Source: Octopus sinensis
Taxonomy: Eukaryota
DNA length: 64,000 nucleotides
Direction: 5' to 3'
Assembly: GCF_006345805.1 (NCBI RefSeq)
Contig: NC_043010.1
Span: forward strand, 14,260,001 to 14,324,000
The translations under genes and the position numbers were made by a program. Below are positions 23,319 to 34,852 of the stretch, piece by piece. Position 1 is the first letter of the stretch; every line of letters starts with the position of its first letter. Below the pieces are notes generated by a model. It was not told where the DNA came from. It did no database searches and was given only the letters and a program-made list of their open reading frames with translations.

Positions 23319-23691
23319 TTTACCCGAAAAATTGACCCCCCACTTTCTTCCTCAAATCACTCACTGCTATCTTAAACTTAGGGAGAGTATTTTGCAGAGG
23401 TAAAGAATACGCGCACCACACGTTTTCGGAGTAACCTTAACCCTAAACACGCAGCATGCGTATCCTTTACCTTCGACGAATATCTTGGATTCTGTAGCCC
23501 TAGGTCTCCGGCACCGAAATTACTTGAAATTTTCTGTTTCAAAACATACATTATTCAGTGATTAAGAAAGTAGTCGCTTTTATCTAGCTTTCTTGGTGAA
23601 ACTTAAATTCCGCCCTATGTTCACATGTACGAAAGATTAAATACTGGGACAGAACTAAGATCCATGATCATGAAAAGAAAAACAAAACTTG

Positions 23692-23938
23692 GGTACTACT
23701 TGAGAACAGTGGTCCCAGTGCGCGCACTCGCGTAGTCACGCATCCGCGCTAGCTAGTCGTGACTAGTCGATCCTACAACGACTACCTGGCAAAGTAAATA
23801 AAACACAAAGTGAATAATTTTTTAAACAAAGTAAATAACACAAAAACACAAAGTAAGGATCGACTAGTCATGACTAGCTAGCGCGAATGCGTGAGTACGC
23901 GAGTGCGCGCACCGGGACCGCTGTTCTCAAGTAGTACC
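23692..23938. mobile_element. Long-TIR MITE (Mutator-like or Merlin-like), 9-bp TSD CAAAACTTG
   Basis: ~84-bp TIRs starting GGTACTACTTGAGAACAG around an A-rich spacer; TSD at 23683-23691 and 23939-23947. Confidence 0.85.
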
Positions 23939-24145
23939 CAAAACTTGCACATAATCAAGCTACCTATTTTGTCGTCAAAATTTATCAAGGTTTATCTTTC
24001 CATTTAAGGCACAAACCGGTAAATACGACTGGGTTCGGGCGAAACTTTTTACCTCGCCATTCAAATTGAACACGTGCGACGTTACTCTAATTGAACGAGA
24101 CACAATTAAAATCAATGTTTTATGATAAGAAAAAATAAAGCTTAC

Positions 24146-24224
24146 GTTTAATTAAACGCCTGATTTTGTCGTCGACGGGTGTATCTTCCTTCCACTTAAC
24201 ACCCAGATCTGTAAACAGTACCAT
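24146..24224 (-). CDS. RPP30: RNase P/MRP subunit p30, coding exon 1 (MVLFTDLGVKWKEDTPVDDKIRRLIK + C, phase-1 intron)
   Basis: ATG at 24224-24222 in a CpG-rich island; 79 bp ending at donor C|GTAAGC. M-x-x-F-x-D-L start matches RPP30 N-termini (human MAVFADL, from memory). The final C joins TG of exon 2 to give the Leu of the LGY motif. Confidence 0.85.
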
Positions 24225-24415
24225 CTCGAGATGTTTCTTTTATTTTATTTGGAAACAGAGCGACCCGGTTCGGAAAAACACGGCGAGGAAAGCAAAGAGG
24301 TGAAACTGACAAGAAATCAAAACAAAACCAAAGAGAGGCGATAAATGCAGGGACATAACTCAATACACGCTAAAATGATTTCATCTTACGACTTCAACAG
24401 GTTATTACAAATAAG
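24225..24415 (-). promoter_or_regulatory. Probable RPP30 5' UTR / core promoter
   Basis: Unique CpG-retaining sequence between the ATG and the first upstream MITE; TSS not determinable from sequence. Confidence 0.5.
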
Positions 24416-24838
24416 GGATCTTTTCGGTTCGAACGGCAGTTTTTAACATAATTTCTAGGTAACTAAAAAATTTTAAGCTTCGTATACTGGTAGAATGTGT
24501 TTATAAAACATCTTTTTCTCTTGGCTTTATTGAGAAAATTCTATAGTTTGTAAGATATTTGTTGGGTTTTTTTTCTTCAATTTCTGCAATTTCAACCAAT
24601 CAGTGACGTCCATTGAGGTAAAAAAAAAAACCATTCTGTGCCGTATGAATATGTCCCTCGTTTAAGAAACAGATTGGGTTTATTTACATTTGTGAAGAAA
24701 AAAATATACCCTTCCCCCACCCCACCCCTAACCCTAAAACAGATTGAAATGCAATAGATCGATACTAGGGTCATATTTATGGGTGATAATTTCATATGGC
24801 ACCGCTAGAAAAAACTGCCGTTCAAACCGAAAAGATCC
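24416..24838 (+). mobile_element. Merlin-like MITE M1
   Basis: Both TIRs intact; flanks share only CAAA, so no clean TSD. Confidence 0.85.
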
Positions 24839-25745
24839 CAAAACACAAGGAATCTTGAACACCTTCTAATAACTGAGAAAATATCCCTTTTTTTTTTAAC
24901 ATTTGAAAAATGTATTTGTCATGTCTTGCTTAAATATCTTCGGGTAATCATTTTTGTAAGCCGACTGGCAACAACCACAAGATTAATTTTTAAAAATCTT
25001 TTTACATTCCTAGAACGGCCTCTGCACATCTGAATATGCAAACTGCTTACACGTTCTCTTCGAGGCATTGTATTTACCTCTTGCTACTAGGCCTACCAAA
25101 TGCAACTAAATTCCCTCCCCCCTCGCTACATTTTTTGCGTCTTACACCCCAGAGACCGCAATAAAGTACTTTTTCCATCATTTCTTCCCAGAGCTGCAAC
25201 TTCAAAAATTATCTCCCACCCACGTTTTTAGCAGTCAGCGACCTGCAGATATTCCAAACCGAACGTCACAGGAATCGATTTTACTGGTTCGTGAGGGGTG
25301 GGGACGTAATGTCTTTGACACTTCTTTTGAGTAACCTATATATATTCTTTAATTGTCTTAATAATGACGTTTACTAAATTTTCCTTCTCCCAACATTCCT
25401 TAAACTGCATGCTTCATTGAATAAAAATATTTTGTGTGCGTGTTTTTGTTAGACTATGAAGTAACATTGTGAGAGACTTATTTGTACTCAGAACCCAAGA
25501 GTTTCCAATATATTTAAATATTTATAAAAATTTATCCAATTTAAAAAATAAAATTTTACCACAGGGAAGAGAAGTTTAAGTCATGACTTGACTAATCATA
25601 TCAACTTGAATTTTTATCAGGTGATGTATTTCAGATAGATTTAGTGAAGAAAGATATTTTTGAAGGCCCCCACCAATGTGGACATGGGATTGAACAAATT
25701 GTTTAGGGTGAAGTTTAGATGAGACATAACAAGAGAAGGATAGGA

Positions 25746-26170
25746 GGATCTTTTCGGTTTGAATGGCAGTTTTTTCTAGCCGTGTCATATGAAATTGTCA
25801 CCCATAATTATGACCCTAGTATCGATCTATTGCATTTCAATCTGTTTTAGGGTTAGGGTTAGGGGTGGGGGTGGGAGGAAGGGTATCTTTTTTCTTCAGA
25901 AATGTAAATAAACCCAATCTGTTTCTTAAACGAGGGACATATTCATACGGCACAGAATGTTTTTTTACCTCAAATAGACGTCATTGATTGGTTGAAATTG
26001 CAGAAATTGAAGAAAAAACAACAACAAATATCTTACAAACTATAGAATTTTCTCAATAAAGCCAAGAGAAAAAGATGTTTTATAAACACATTCTACCAGT
26101 ATACAAAGTTCAAAATTTTTTAGTTACCTAGAAATTATGTTAAAAACTGCCGTTCAAACCGAAAAGATCC
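25746..26170 (-). mobile_element. Merlin-like MITE M1 flanked by an ~80-bp direct duplication
   Basis: TIRs intact; 25666-25745 approximately equals 26171-26250. Confidence 0.85.
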
Positions 26171-26600
26171 GGACCCACCTATGTGGACATGGGATTGAAC
26201 AAATTGTTTAGAGTGAAGTTTAGATGAGACATAACAAGAGAAGAATAGGATGTATCAAATGTGCTATGGCAGAGCCATTATCCTTGCTAATTAAAATTTT
26301 TTTATTAGTATTGAACTATGAAGTTCAATAAAGGTTATTAGTTATACTAAGACAGTAAAAAGACAGGATCATTCATCCGAGGATCAGATAGAATGCTTTG
26401 CAGTATTTATTCCAGCTCTGTTCTCTAAGTACGAGTCCTGTTGAGGTCAACTTTGCCTATAATAATTTCAGGGTTGGTAAATGAAATACCAATCCAGTAA
26501 TGAATGAGATTTTCTTTACACTCTCATTGCTAATTCATCAAATATAGTGAATCCATACTTAGCTGAAAAGGTCTGATATGAATGAAATGTAATCAGAGTT

Positions 26601-27010
26601 GGATCTTTTCGGTTTGAACGGCAGTTTTTACTAGCTGTGTCATATGAAATTGTCACCCATAATTATGACCCTAGTATCGATCTATTGCATTTCAATCTGT
26701 TTTAGGGTTAGGGGTGGGGGAAGGGTATCTTTTTTTCTTCACAAATGTAAATAAACCCAATCTGTTTCTTAAAGAGGGACATATTCATATGGCACAGAAT
26801 GTTTTTTTACCTCAATAGACGTCAGTGATTGGTTGAAATTGCAGAAATTGAAGAAAAAAAACAACAAATATCTTACAAACTATAGAATTTTCTCAATAAA
26901 GCCAAGAGAAAAAGATGTTTTATAAACACGTTCTACCAGTATACGAAGTTTAAAATTTTTTAGTTACCCAGAAATTATGTTAAATACTGCCGTTCAAACC
27001 GAAAAGATCC
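26601..27010 (-). mobile_element. Merlin-like MITE M1, 8-bp TSD TCAGAGTT
   Basis: TSD at 26593-26600 and 27011-27018. Confidence 0.88.
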
Positions 27011-27338
27011 TCAGAGTTTCCTCTGAACTTGCTGAAATAACTAAGATATTGATCATTGAATTAATGTTGTCTTTTTCTCTCCGCATAATTATTTCTAATT
27101 ATATTTTTGATGCTTCCTGCATTAAATATGCTAATACTTACATAAAAATCATTTTCATGCGGAATAAGTTTTTGCGTCACTGAGGAGGTCTAACATGACT
27201 GAAACATATTCAGAGTTGTCTTCCAATGCTTAGGGAAAAATTCAGAATCATAATGGTTATTGGCTAGTATTAATTTTTTCCTCAACATATAATTTTTTTG
27301 GAGTTTCTGTATTAAATATTCTCTATCTTGTATTACAT

Positions 27339-27778
27339 GATGCTGCCCCCTCGTTATCGAGTATGGCCATTGCATGAAGCTTAACTATTATTGGTGCTGT
27401 GATCGAATGTGACTTTTTAGCCCAGCTAAAGATCTACAATGTCTTGTACAGAATTGGCAACTAAAACCTTTACCGGTAATAGCCAGCTGTAGTTGTAACT
27501 GGGTTTCATGTACCTTTGCATGTCGTTTAAGTCCTGCCGAATTACACTCTCATCCACATGCCTGACAGATATGATTAGTATGGTGTGTTACACCACCACC
27601 AGTGGCCGGGTTGTCACTCATCTGTCTCGCTTTATGACTACGAAGATGACTCTTGAGTCCAGCTTTACTGAGGCAGGGTCTTGCACAGACACTGCATGTC
27701 AGCATCATAGGAAGACCCTTCCCATCTGGAAGTGTAACAGCGATGCCCTTCCTGACATCCCTCCTTACTTTCTCATGT
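27339..27778 (-). mobile_element. 5'-truncated RTE (subfamily R1b) 3' end encoding three C2H2-type fingers, ~30-bp TSD
   Basis: CSVCARPCLSKAGLKSHLRSH, CQACG*EC..AGLKRHAKVH and CQFCTRHCRSLAGLKSHIRS; GTATTAAATATTCTCT(A/G)TCTT(G/C)TATTACAT on both sides. Confidence 0.8.
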
Positions 27779-27829
27779 GTATTAAATATTCTCTGTCTTC
27801 TATTACATACATACATACATACATACATA

Positions 27830-30010
27830 CATGATGGTTGTCCACTCATGACCAAGGAAGACCACTGCTGATATTCAGGAACATTGTGTGCTCTGGGACT
27901 AACATATTCTGCATTTGCAGCTCTGTTGGTGGCTAATGAGCCCTGCCCTTGATAATCATACATGACTACAAACATTGCAACCCAAGCTTTTCCCATTCAC
28001 TACACTAGCAGTGTGCTTTTGAGCAGCACACTTAAATTCTTCATGCAGAATACATACTCTTTCGAAGGTGTTGATCCCCTCCTTAACCTGCTTCCTCCAA
28101 CTGTGGTGATGACAGGCATTGCTTTCCTAGTCAGTCTCCTGCATATCACAGGCCTTTAAAGAGGACTTGACACAGTCCTTAAATCACAGACTTGGTTTCT
28201 GCCATGGTCTCTTTCCACTTACAAGTTCCCCATATAGCATCTGTTTAGGGATCCTGCTATCCTTCCTTCTAATAAGGCGTTTAGTCCAATGTAACCAGTG
28301 CTTATGCACCATCACCCAGTACTCAAGATATCAGCTTTTTTAAGGTTTTTAAGGTTCAGTTAACATTCAGAATATGTTTCAGACATCTCTGATGAAAGCC
28401 TTCAAGGACCCTTACATGATGTTTGTAAAGGGTCCATGTCTCACATGAGTAAAGGAACTACGTCAGTACACATGCACGGTACACAGCAATTTTTGTTTGC
28501 CTTGTGATGCTGGGACTAAACACGAAACTGAAGAGACTGGAAGGAATCAGTTGCTGTCTGCAGCCTGAAAGATACTTCATCATCCAAGGAACAAGAATGG
28601 CTGAGTGTACTGTCCAGGTAGACAAACTTGTCTACCATTTTCAGTATTGTTCTTTCAACCAGGATAGTTGGTTCCACATATGGATTTCCTGGTGCAGGCT
28701 GGAACATTACAACAATCTTTTTCAGGCTAATGCTGAGTCCAAATGCCTTGCAAGAAGCAGAAATACGATTCATCAGTAGTTGCATATCATCCACTGTATG
28801 AGTGACTAAGTCACAGTCATCTGCATAAAGGAGGTCACAAATAAGATCCTGGAAAACTGTTGAATTGGCAGCAAATCGGTGCAGATTAAAGAGGCAGCCA
28901 GAAGATCGATACTTGACATATATTCCCAGAGAGCTAACATTAGCAAAAACATGAGTAAAAGCAGCAGCAAAGTACAAAGAAAAGAGAACTGGGGCAAGAA
29001 TGTTACCCTGCTTGACACCATTCTCTACAGGAATGATTCCCACTATGTCACCACCAGCATTGACCCAAGCCTCCATCCCATCATGAAATTATTTAATTAT
29101 AGATACCAAGTGATCTGGGCATCCAAGTTTGCCAAGTATTTTCCATAGCAAGGCCTTGTTAAATCAATGACTACCTGGACAAGATCCATATTCTGCTCAT
29201 AGCACTTCTCTTGCATCTGTCTTGCTGTGAAAATCATATCCATTGTCCCTCTACCAGATCAGAAGCCACATTGAGATTCAGATAGGACATCATTTATGAG
29301 TTACCCATTCAGTGGGATAAGAAGAATATTTGTCAGAACCTTGCCAGCAGCTGATAGTAGAGCAATACCTCTGTAGTTATCACACATTGTTCTGGCTCCT
29401 TTTCCTTTAAAGAGAGGAAGAACTATTCTATTCCAGTCCTTAGGCATTGTACCATCCCTCCAGATTACACTAAGTTCAAGGGACTGTATGATGTAATTAC
29501 CACCAAATCACAAGACCTCAGCACAAATTCCATCCGTTCCAGGTACCCCACCAAGATTCAATTTACTTACTGACATCATTACCTCATCTATTGAGGGCGT
29601 GGAATTTAAGGAGCCAAAGATAGGTCTTTGTTGCATAGTATCAATCAATCACTGTTTCATCCACAAATGACTCATGGTTTAGGAGTTCAGAGAAGTGTTC
29701 AGTCCAGTGACCTGTGATTTCTGTTGATTTAGTAAAAGAGAAGAAGACTCCTTGGAAAGCAAAGGAGCTGATGCGGGGCTCTTGGGCCCATTAACTTGCT
29801 TCATAAGATGATAAAGCTTCTTGCTGTCAATTGCATCAGTAGCAGCCTGAACATCATGAGCAAGATCCTCCCACCAAGTGTTCTGCATCTTCCTGTGAGA
29901 TCACTGCAGTAGTGATTTTACACTGCTATAGTAGGTAAGTGCACACTGGGTGTGCCGGTTTAGTGACCAACAATCCAACCATGCAACAAGTTGTACTGGA
30001 TTCCATGTTA
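27830..30010 (-). mobile_element. Decayed RTE LINE (R1a), RT domain, (ATGT)n tail, endonuclease region missing
   Basis: GVKQGNILAPVLFSLYF, DLLYADDCDLVTH, FVYLDSTLS and MQNTWWEDLA motifs with frameshifts and stops. Confidence 0.9.
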
Positions 30011-30029
30011 CCAGTGGCACTTGTGAGAA

Positions 30030-31095
30030 CCTCATAAGTGACCTGACATACATACATACATACATACATACATGCATACATACATGCATACATACATACA
30101 TACATACATACATACATACACGCATACACATATACATACATACATACATACATACATGCATACATACATACACATATACATGCATACATACATACACACA
30201 CACATACATACATGCATACACACATACATACGTGCATACATACATACATGCATGCATACATACATGCATACACCTGCTGGAGAGGACCGATCAGGTAAAG
30301 GACCTGGGTATCTTGGTGGATTCCTCCTTTTCGCCTTCGGCCCAGTGCGTCCATGCTGCCAACAAAGCACGCGGAATTCTGTTCTTGATTCGACGGTCAT
30401 TCGGAATGCTCACAGCAGCCATATTCCTACCACTCTATGTCACGCTGGTGAGACCCATATTGGAGTATGGGATTCAAGCCTCTTCTCCTTATCTCCTCAA
30501 AGACATACAGCATCTCTAAAGAGTCCAGAAGCTGGCTACCCGCATGGTTCATGGTCTCAAAAATTTGTCCTACGAAGAAAGGCTGAGGACGCTCGACCTT
30601 TATTCTCTTGAAAAACGCCGCCGCCGTGGTGATCTCATTCTCGCCCACAACATCATAAGCGGAAAGTGTAACCTCTCGAAAGAGCTGTTCTTCACTCCTG
30701 CTCCAGAGCGTCGGCTGCAGGGTCATTCCGAAAAGCTCTACCTGCGACGATTTCATCTCAATCGAAGGAGAGGAGCTTTGTCCGTCCGGGTTGCGGATCC
30801 GTGGAACAAGCTGCCAGACGAGATGGTGAAGATGCCGACGACCACTTTGTTCAAAGCCTCCCTGGACCTCAAGTGGCCTGAACTCTTTACATGAACACCA
30901 CCCTGTACTTAACTCCATGTCCCCCTACATGGCCTTGCTATTTGCCTTTGAGCCAAATTAACTAACTAACTAACTAACTAACATACATACATACATGCAT
31001 ACACACATACATACATGCATGCATACATACATGCATACACACATACACACACACACATACTTACACACATACATACATACATACATGCATGCATA
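30030..31095. repeat. (CATA)n / (CA)n microsatellite split by the CR1 fragment
   Basis: Tracts at 30045-30271 and 30983-31095. Confidence 0.9.
30272..30982 (+). mobile_element. CR1-clade LINE 3' fragment inserted in a (CATA)n tract, (AACT)n tail
   Basis: VKDLGILVD, LVRPILEYG, LSYEERLRTLDLYSLEKRRRRGDLI and WNKLP motifs. Confidence 0.93.
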
Positions 31096-31205
31096 CAAAA
31101 ATGCCCTGTTGATGTTGTTGAAATTCTAATGAAGGAACCTTGGATCTAGGTTAGAAACTGGTTTTTTCTTTATTGGCAAGATATCTTGAAATAAAACTAA
31201 ATAAT

Positions 31206-31237
<32 letters not shown>

Positions 31238-32668
31238 GCTGCAGTACCAGACCTTGGTCAGGTTTATTGAAACCTAAAATAAATACAATCCAGGAATCAG
31301 CAATATTTGGGATTAATTTTCTTGAAGATGCTGAAAAACTTCAGGTGGTCTGAAAATGTTGATTCATCCAGAATTGCTGAAATGCAAGCGATTTAGAAGA
31401 TGATTCGAATTGAATTTTATAAAAAAAATTGCATAAAAGTTAAATGTAAAAAGAATAACAAACATAAACAAAACTTAATAAAAAATTTTATGTTTACATT
31501 GTTTGCATTCTCAAGGAAAAATTATGTTCTTTAAAAATGATGTACTAATTTACATAATTATTCTAAATTAATTATTTTTTTGAATCAGTAAATTTTTCCA
31601 GTGTCTGTTACAGTGCTTGTAACAGTTCAATTATGAGGACGCAACCAAACCAACACTGGTTGTCAAGCAGTGGTGATGGAACAAACATAAACACAAAAGC
31701 CGTGTACACACACACATACACACACGACAGGCTTCCACACAGTTTCTGTCTACCCAACTCACTCACAAGGCACTGTTCAGCCCCAGGTTATAGTAGAAGA
31801 CACTTGCCAATGGCGCTGCACGATGGAACTGAACCCCAAACCACAGGGCTGCAAAGCAAGCTTCTTAACCACACAGCCAGCCATCCCTACAACCTGTTCT
31901 ATCAATGGCAGCTAAGTTCTAATTTGTCAGAGACTTAAATAGCAATTGGCAATCTAATTAATTTTTCTCTGAATCTAGGAAGAACAAGATGTTTTTACAT
32001 CAGTTTAAGATTCCACAATGACAGGATTAAATTATAGTTTAACCACTTAATTAGGTTTTTCGAATACATGCTGTTTCGTGCATAAATTAAATGTTTATTA
32101 ATGATTTAATCATGTCACTGACAAATGCACATTATACCAATTCATCTAATTATTACAGTTGTGATATCATCACCATCATCATAATCATCATGATTGTCTC
32201 CACCATCGCCACCACCATCATTGTCCTCATCACCAATTTAACATCTGCTTTTCCATGTTTGCATTGAAAAACAGATCATATTTGTTAAAGCCAACTTTCT
32301 GTGTTCAGATGCCCTTCCTGTTGCCAACCCTCATATTTCTCCATGACTAGACATTAGATTCATGAAAGACTGGAAACTAACAACATTGTTCGTATGATGG
32401 TAACACTTGCTTACAACTACCACGTGATGTCAAGACATAAGTGTGTGAACTGCACACACGGATGCACACACGCACACATTTATATATATACAAATACAAT
32501 GGCCTTCTTTTCAGTTTTCATCTACCAAATCCACTCACAAGGCCTTGGTTGGCCAGGGGAAGACATTTGCCAAAGATGCCACACAGTGGGAGCGAAACTG
32601 AAACAACATGGTTGGGAAACAGCTTCTTAATCACATAGCCATGCTTGTGTATATATATGTGTGTGTGT

Positions 32669-33204
32669 GTGCTACTGGTAAGATGTAACCCAGTACACCC
32701 TGTTGCATGGTTGGGTCATCGACGACTAAACCGACAACCCTACCAAGCTTGCTTGGTGAGGAGGGTGTTTATTGGACACCCTGCGGGATGAAAAACAAAA
32801 CCCGTCAAAGGGAGGAGGAACTCTTGAGAGTCAACGGCCATCCAATAAATGTCTTAAGGCTGTATCATGCGCGGGACATAGAAATAATCGAACTGAATAC
32901 CCGATCGCGCGGTTAAACCATTGGGAGTGAAGGACTCCTAGCCTTTGTTAGGGCATCCTTCTAGGAGAAGGTAACTCAGGTAACTGGGATAACTCCGACA
33001 TAAAACCTGCGGCTCAGTGGTTACCGATGATGCCGACTTGTTCTTCTTTTCAGATTATGGCTGCTGTTGCTTAGTGAGTGGGATTGACTCAGTGCACAGC
33101 CTTTCCTCACTTTAAAAAAAATCTTCTTGCACAGGCATTGCACGATAACAACATTGATTAAGCTTCGTGCAATAGCCATACTCGATAACGAGGGGGCAGC
33201 CACC

Positions 33205-33205
<1 letters not shown>
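32669..33205 (+). mobile_element. Putative bipartite non-autonomous RTE derivative (~540 bp)
   Basis: First ~70 bp align with the 5' end of the R1a copy (30010-29940); last ~50 bp match the R1b 3' tail (27340-27395); no ORF. Confidence 0.6.
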
Positions 33206-33236
<31 letters not shown>

Positions 33237-33684
33237 CAATCCTCATCATCTTTATCATCATTATTTACAGAGTGGCCTGGGTACTTTTAAGGTGGCACCA
33301 GCACTGGCAAAGTCTGCTTTAGCACAGTTCTTACAGCTGGATGCCCTTCGAAACACCAATCACTTTACATGTTTAAATGCATACATATATACATACATAC
33401 ATAAACACACACATATTTGCAGAATACCCAGTATTGTCCCAGCTGTAAAGTAAGTATAAACGTCCCAGAATTGTTCTTAATGATGGCATATTCAGTTTAA
33501 TAGAACATTATTGCATTTCTTTTGAAACATTATTTTTCATGTAACAAATGAAATTGTTTTCCAATATTTTTGTGGCAGTCCATTGTTTAATGCACTGTGA
33601 TACTGGTAGACGTTCAGAATTGATGTTTTATTTCATAATTCAATTCCAGAATGGATATATTTCTAACCCAAGTATATCATATAT

Positions 33685-34065
33685 ATATTTCTTTACTACC
33701 CACAAGGGGCTAAACACAGATGGGACAAACAAGGACAGACAAACGGATTAAGTCGATTATATCGACCCCAGTGCGTAACTGGTACTTATTTAATCGACCC
33801 CGAAAGGATGAAAGGCAAAGCCGAACTCGGCGGAATTTGAACTCAGAACGTAGCGGCAGGCGAAATACCTATTTCTTTACTACCCACAAGGGGCTAAACA
33901 CAGACAAGACAAACGGATTAAGTCGATTATACTTATTTAATCGACCCCGAAACGATGAAAGGCAAAGTCGACCTCGGCGGAATTTGAACTCAGAATGTAA
34001 CGGCAGACGAAATACCGCTAAGCACTTCGCCCGGCGTGCTAATGTTTCTACCAGCTCGTCGCCAG
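33685..34065 (-). mobile_element. SINE S2 dimer
   Basis: Junction at about 33868. Confidence 0.82.
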
Positions 34066-34164
34066 GTACCTTGACTAGAAAGTATATCATATATAAATAC
34101 TGGATAGAGTAAATGCAAATGCTATTTTATTTCATTTGAAACTTTCGTGTAAATCACCCATACT

Positions 34165-34540
34165 CTTTTACTTGTTTCAGTCATTTGACTGTGGCCATGC
34201 TGGAGCGCCGCCTTTAGTCAAGCACATTGCCTCCAGGACTTATTCTTTGTACTTATTCTATCAGTCTCTTTTGCCGAACTGCTAAGGTACGGGGACGTAA
34301 ACACACCAGCATTGGTTGTCAAGCGATGTTGGGGGGACAAACACAGACACTCAAATATACACACACACACATATATATACATACGATGGGCTTCTTTCAG
34401 TTTCTGTCTACCAAATCCACTCACAAGGCATTGGTCGGCCTGAGGCTATAGAAGAAGACACTTGCCCAAGATTCCATGCATTGGGACTAAACCTGGAACC
34501 ATGTGGTTGGTTAGCAAGCTACTTACCACACAGCCACTCA
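34165..34540 (-). mobile_element. SINE S1
   Basis: Aligns to other S1 copies. Confidence 0.82.
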
Positions 34541-34852
34541 GTCATTCTTTTAACATGTCAAAACTGGTATGCTCAGAGGAAACTCACATGACCTGATATT
34601 AGTTTCAAATTTTGGCACAAGGCCAGCAATTTCAGGGTGGATGCAAGTCAATTACATTCCTCTCAGTACTCAACTGGTACTTATTTTATCGCTCCCCCAC
34701 CCCCAAGGGTGAAAGGCAAAGCCGACTCTTGTGGAATTAGAACTCAGAGCATGAAGACAGATGAAATGCCGCTAAGCATTTTGCCTGATCTGCTAATGAA
34801 TCAGCCTGCTCACTGCATATGTGTTACACACATCCTATATATGTAATGTTTA

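Noticed and set aside
24053-24060. ATG GCG AG|GTAAAA on the minus strand just inside RPP30 intron 1 (alternative first exon?)
   Set aside because: Only 8 coding bases, and the phase-2 donor is incompatible with the phase-1 acceptor of exon 2.
25847-25864. TTAGGG repeats suggesting a telomere or fusion site
   Set aside because: Only 2-3 units, at a fixed position inside a multi-copy MITE.
29950-30519. 189-aa ORF
   Set aside because: Chimera of RTE 5' sequence, a (CATA)n tract and a CR1 RT fragment ending at an internal stop.
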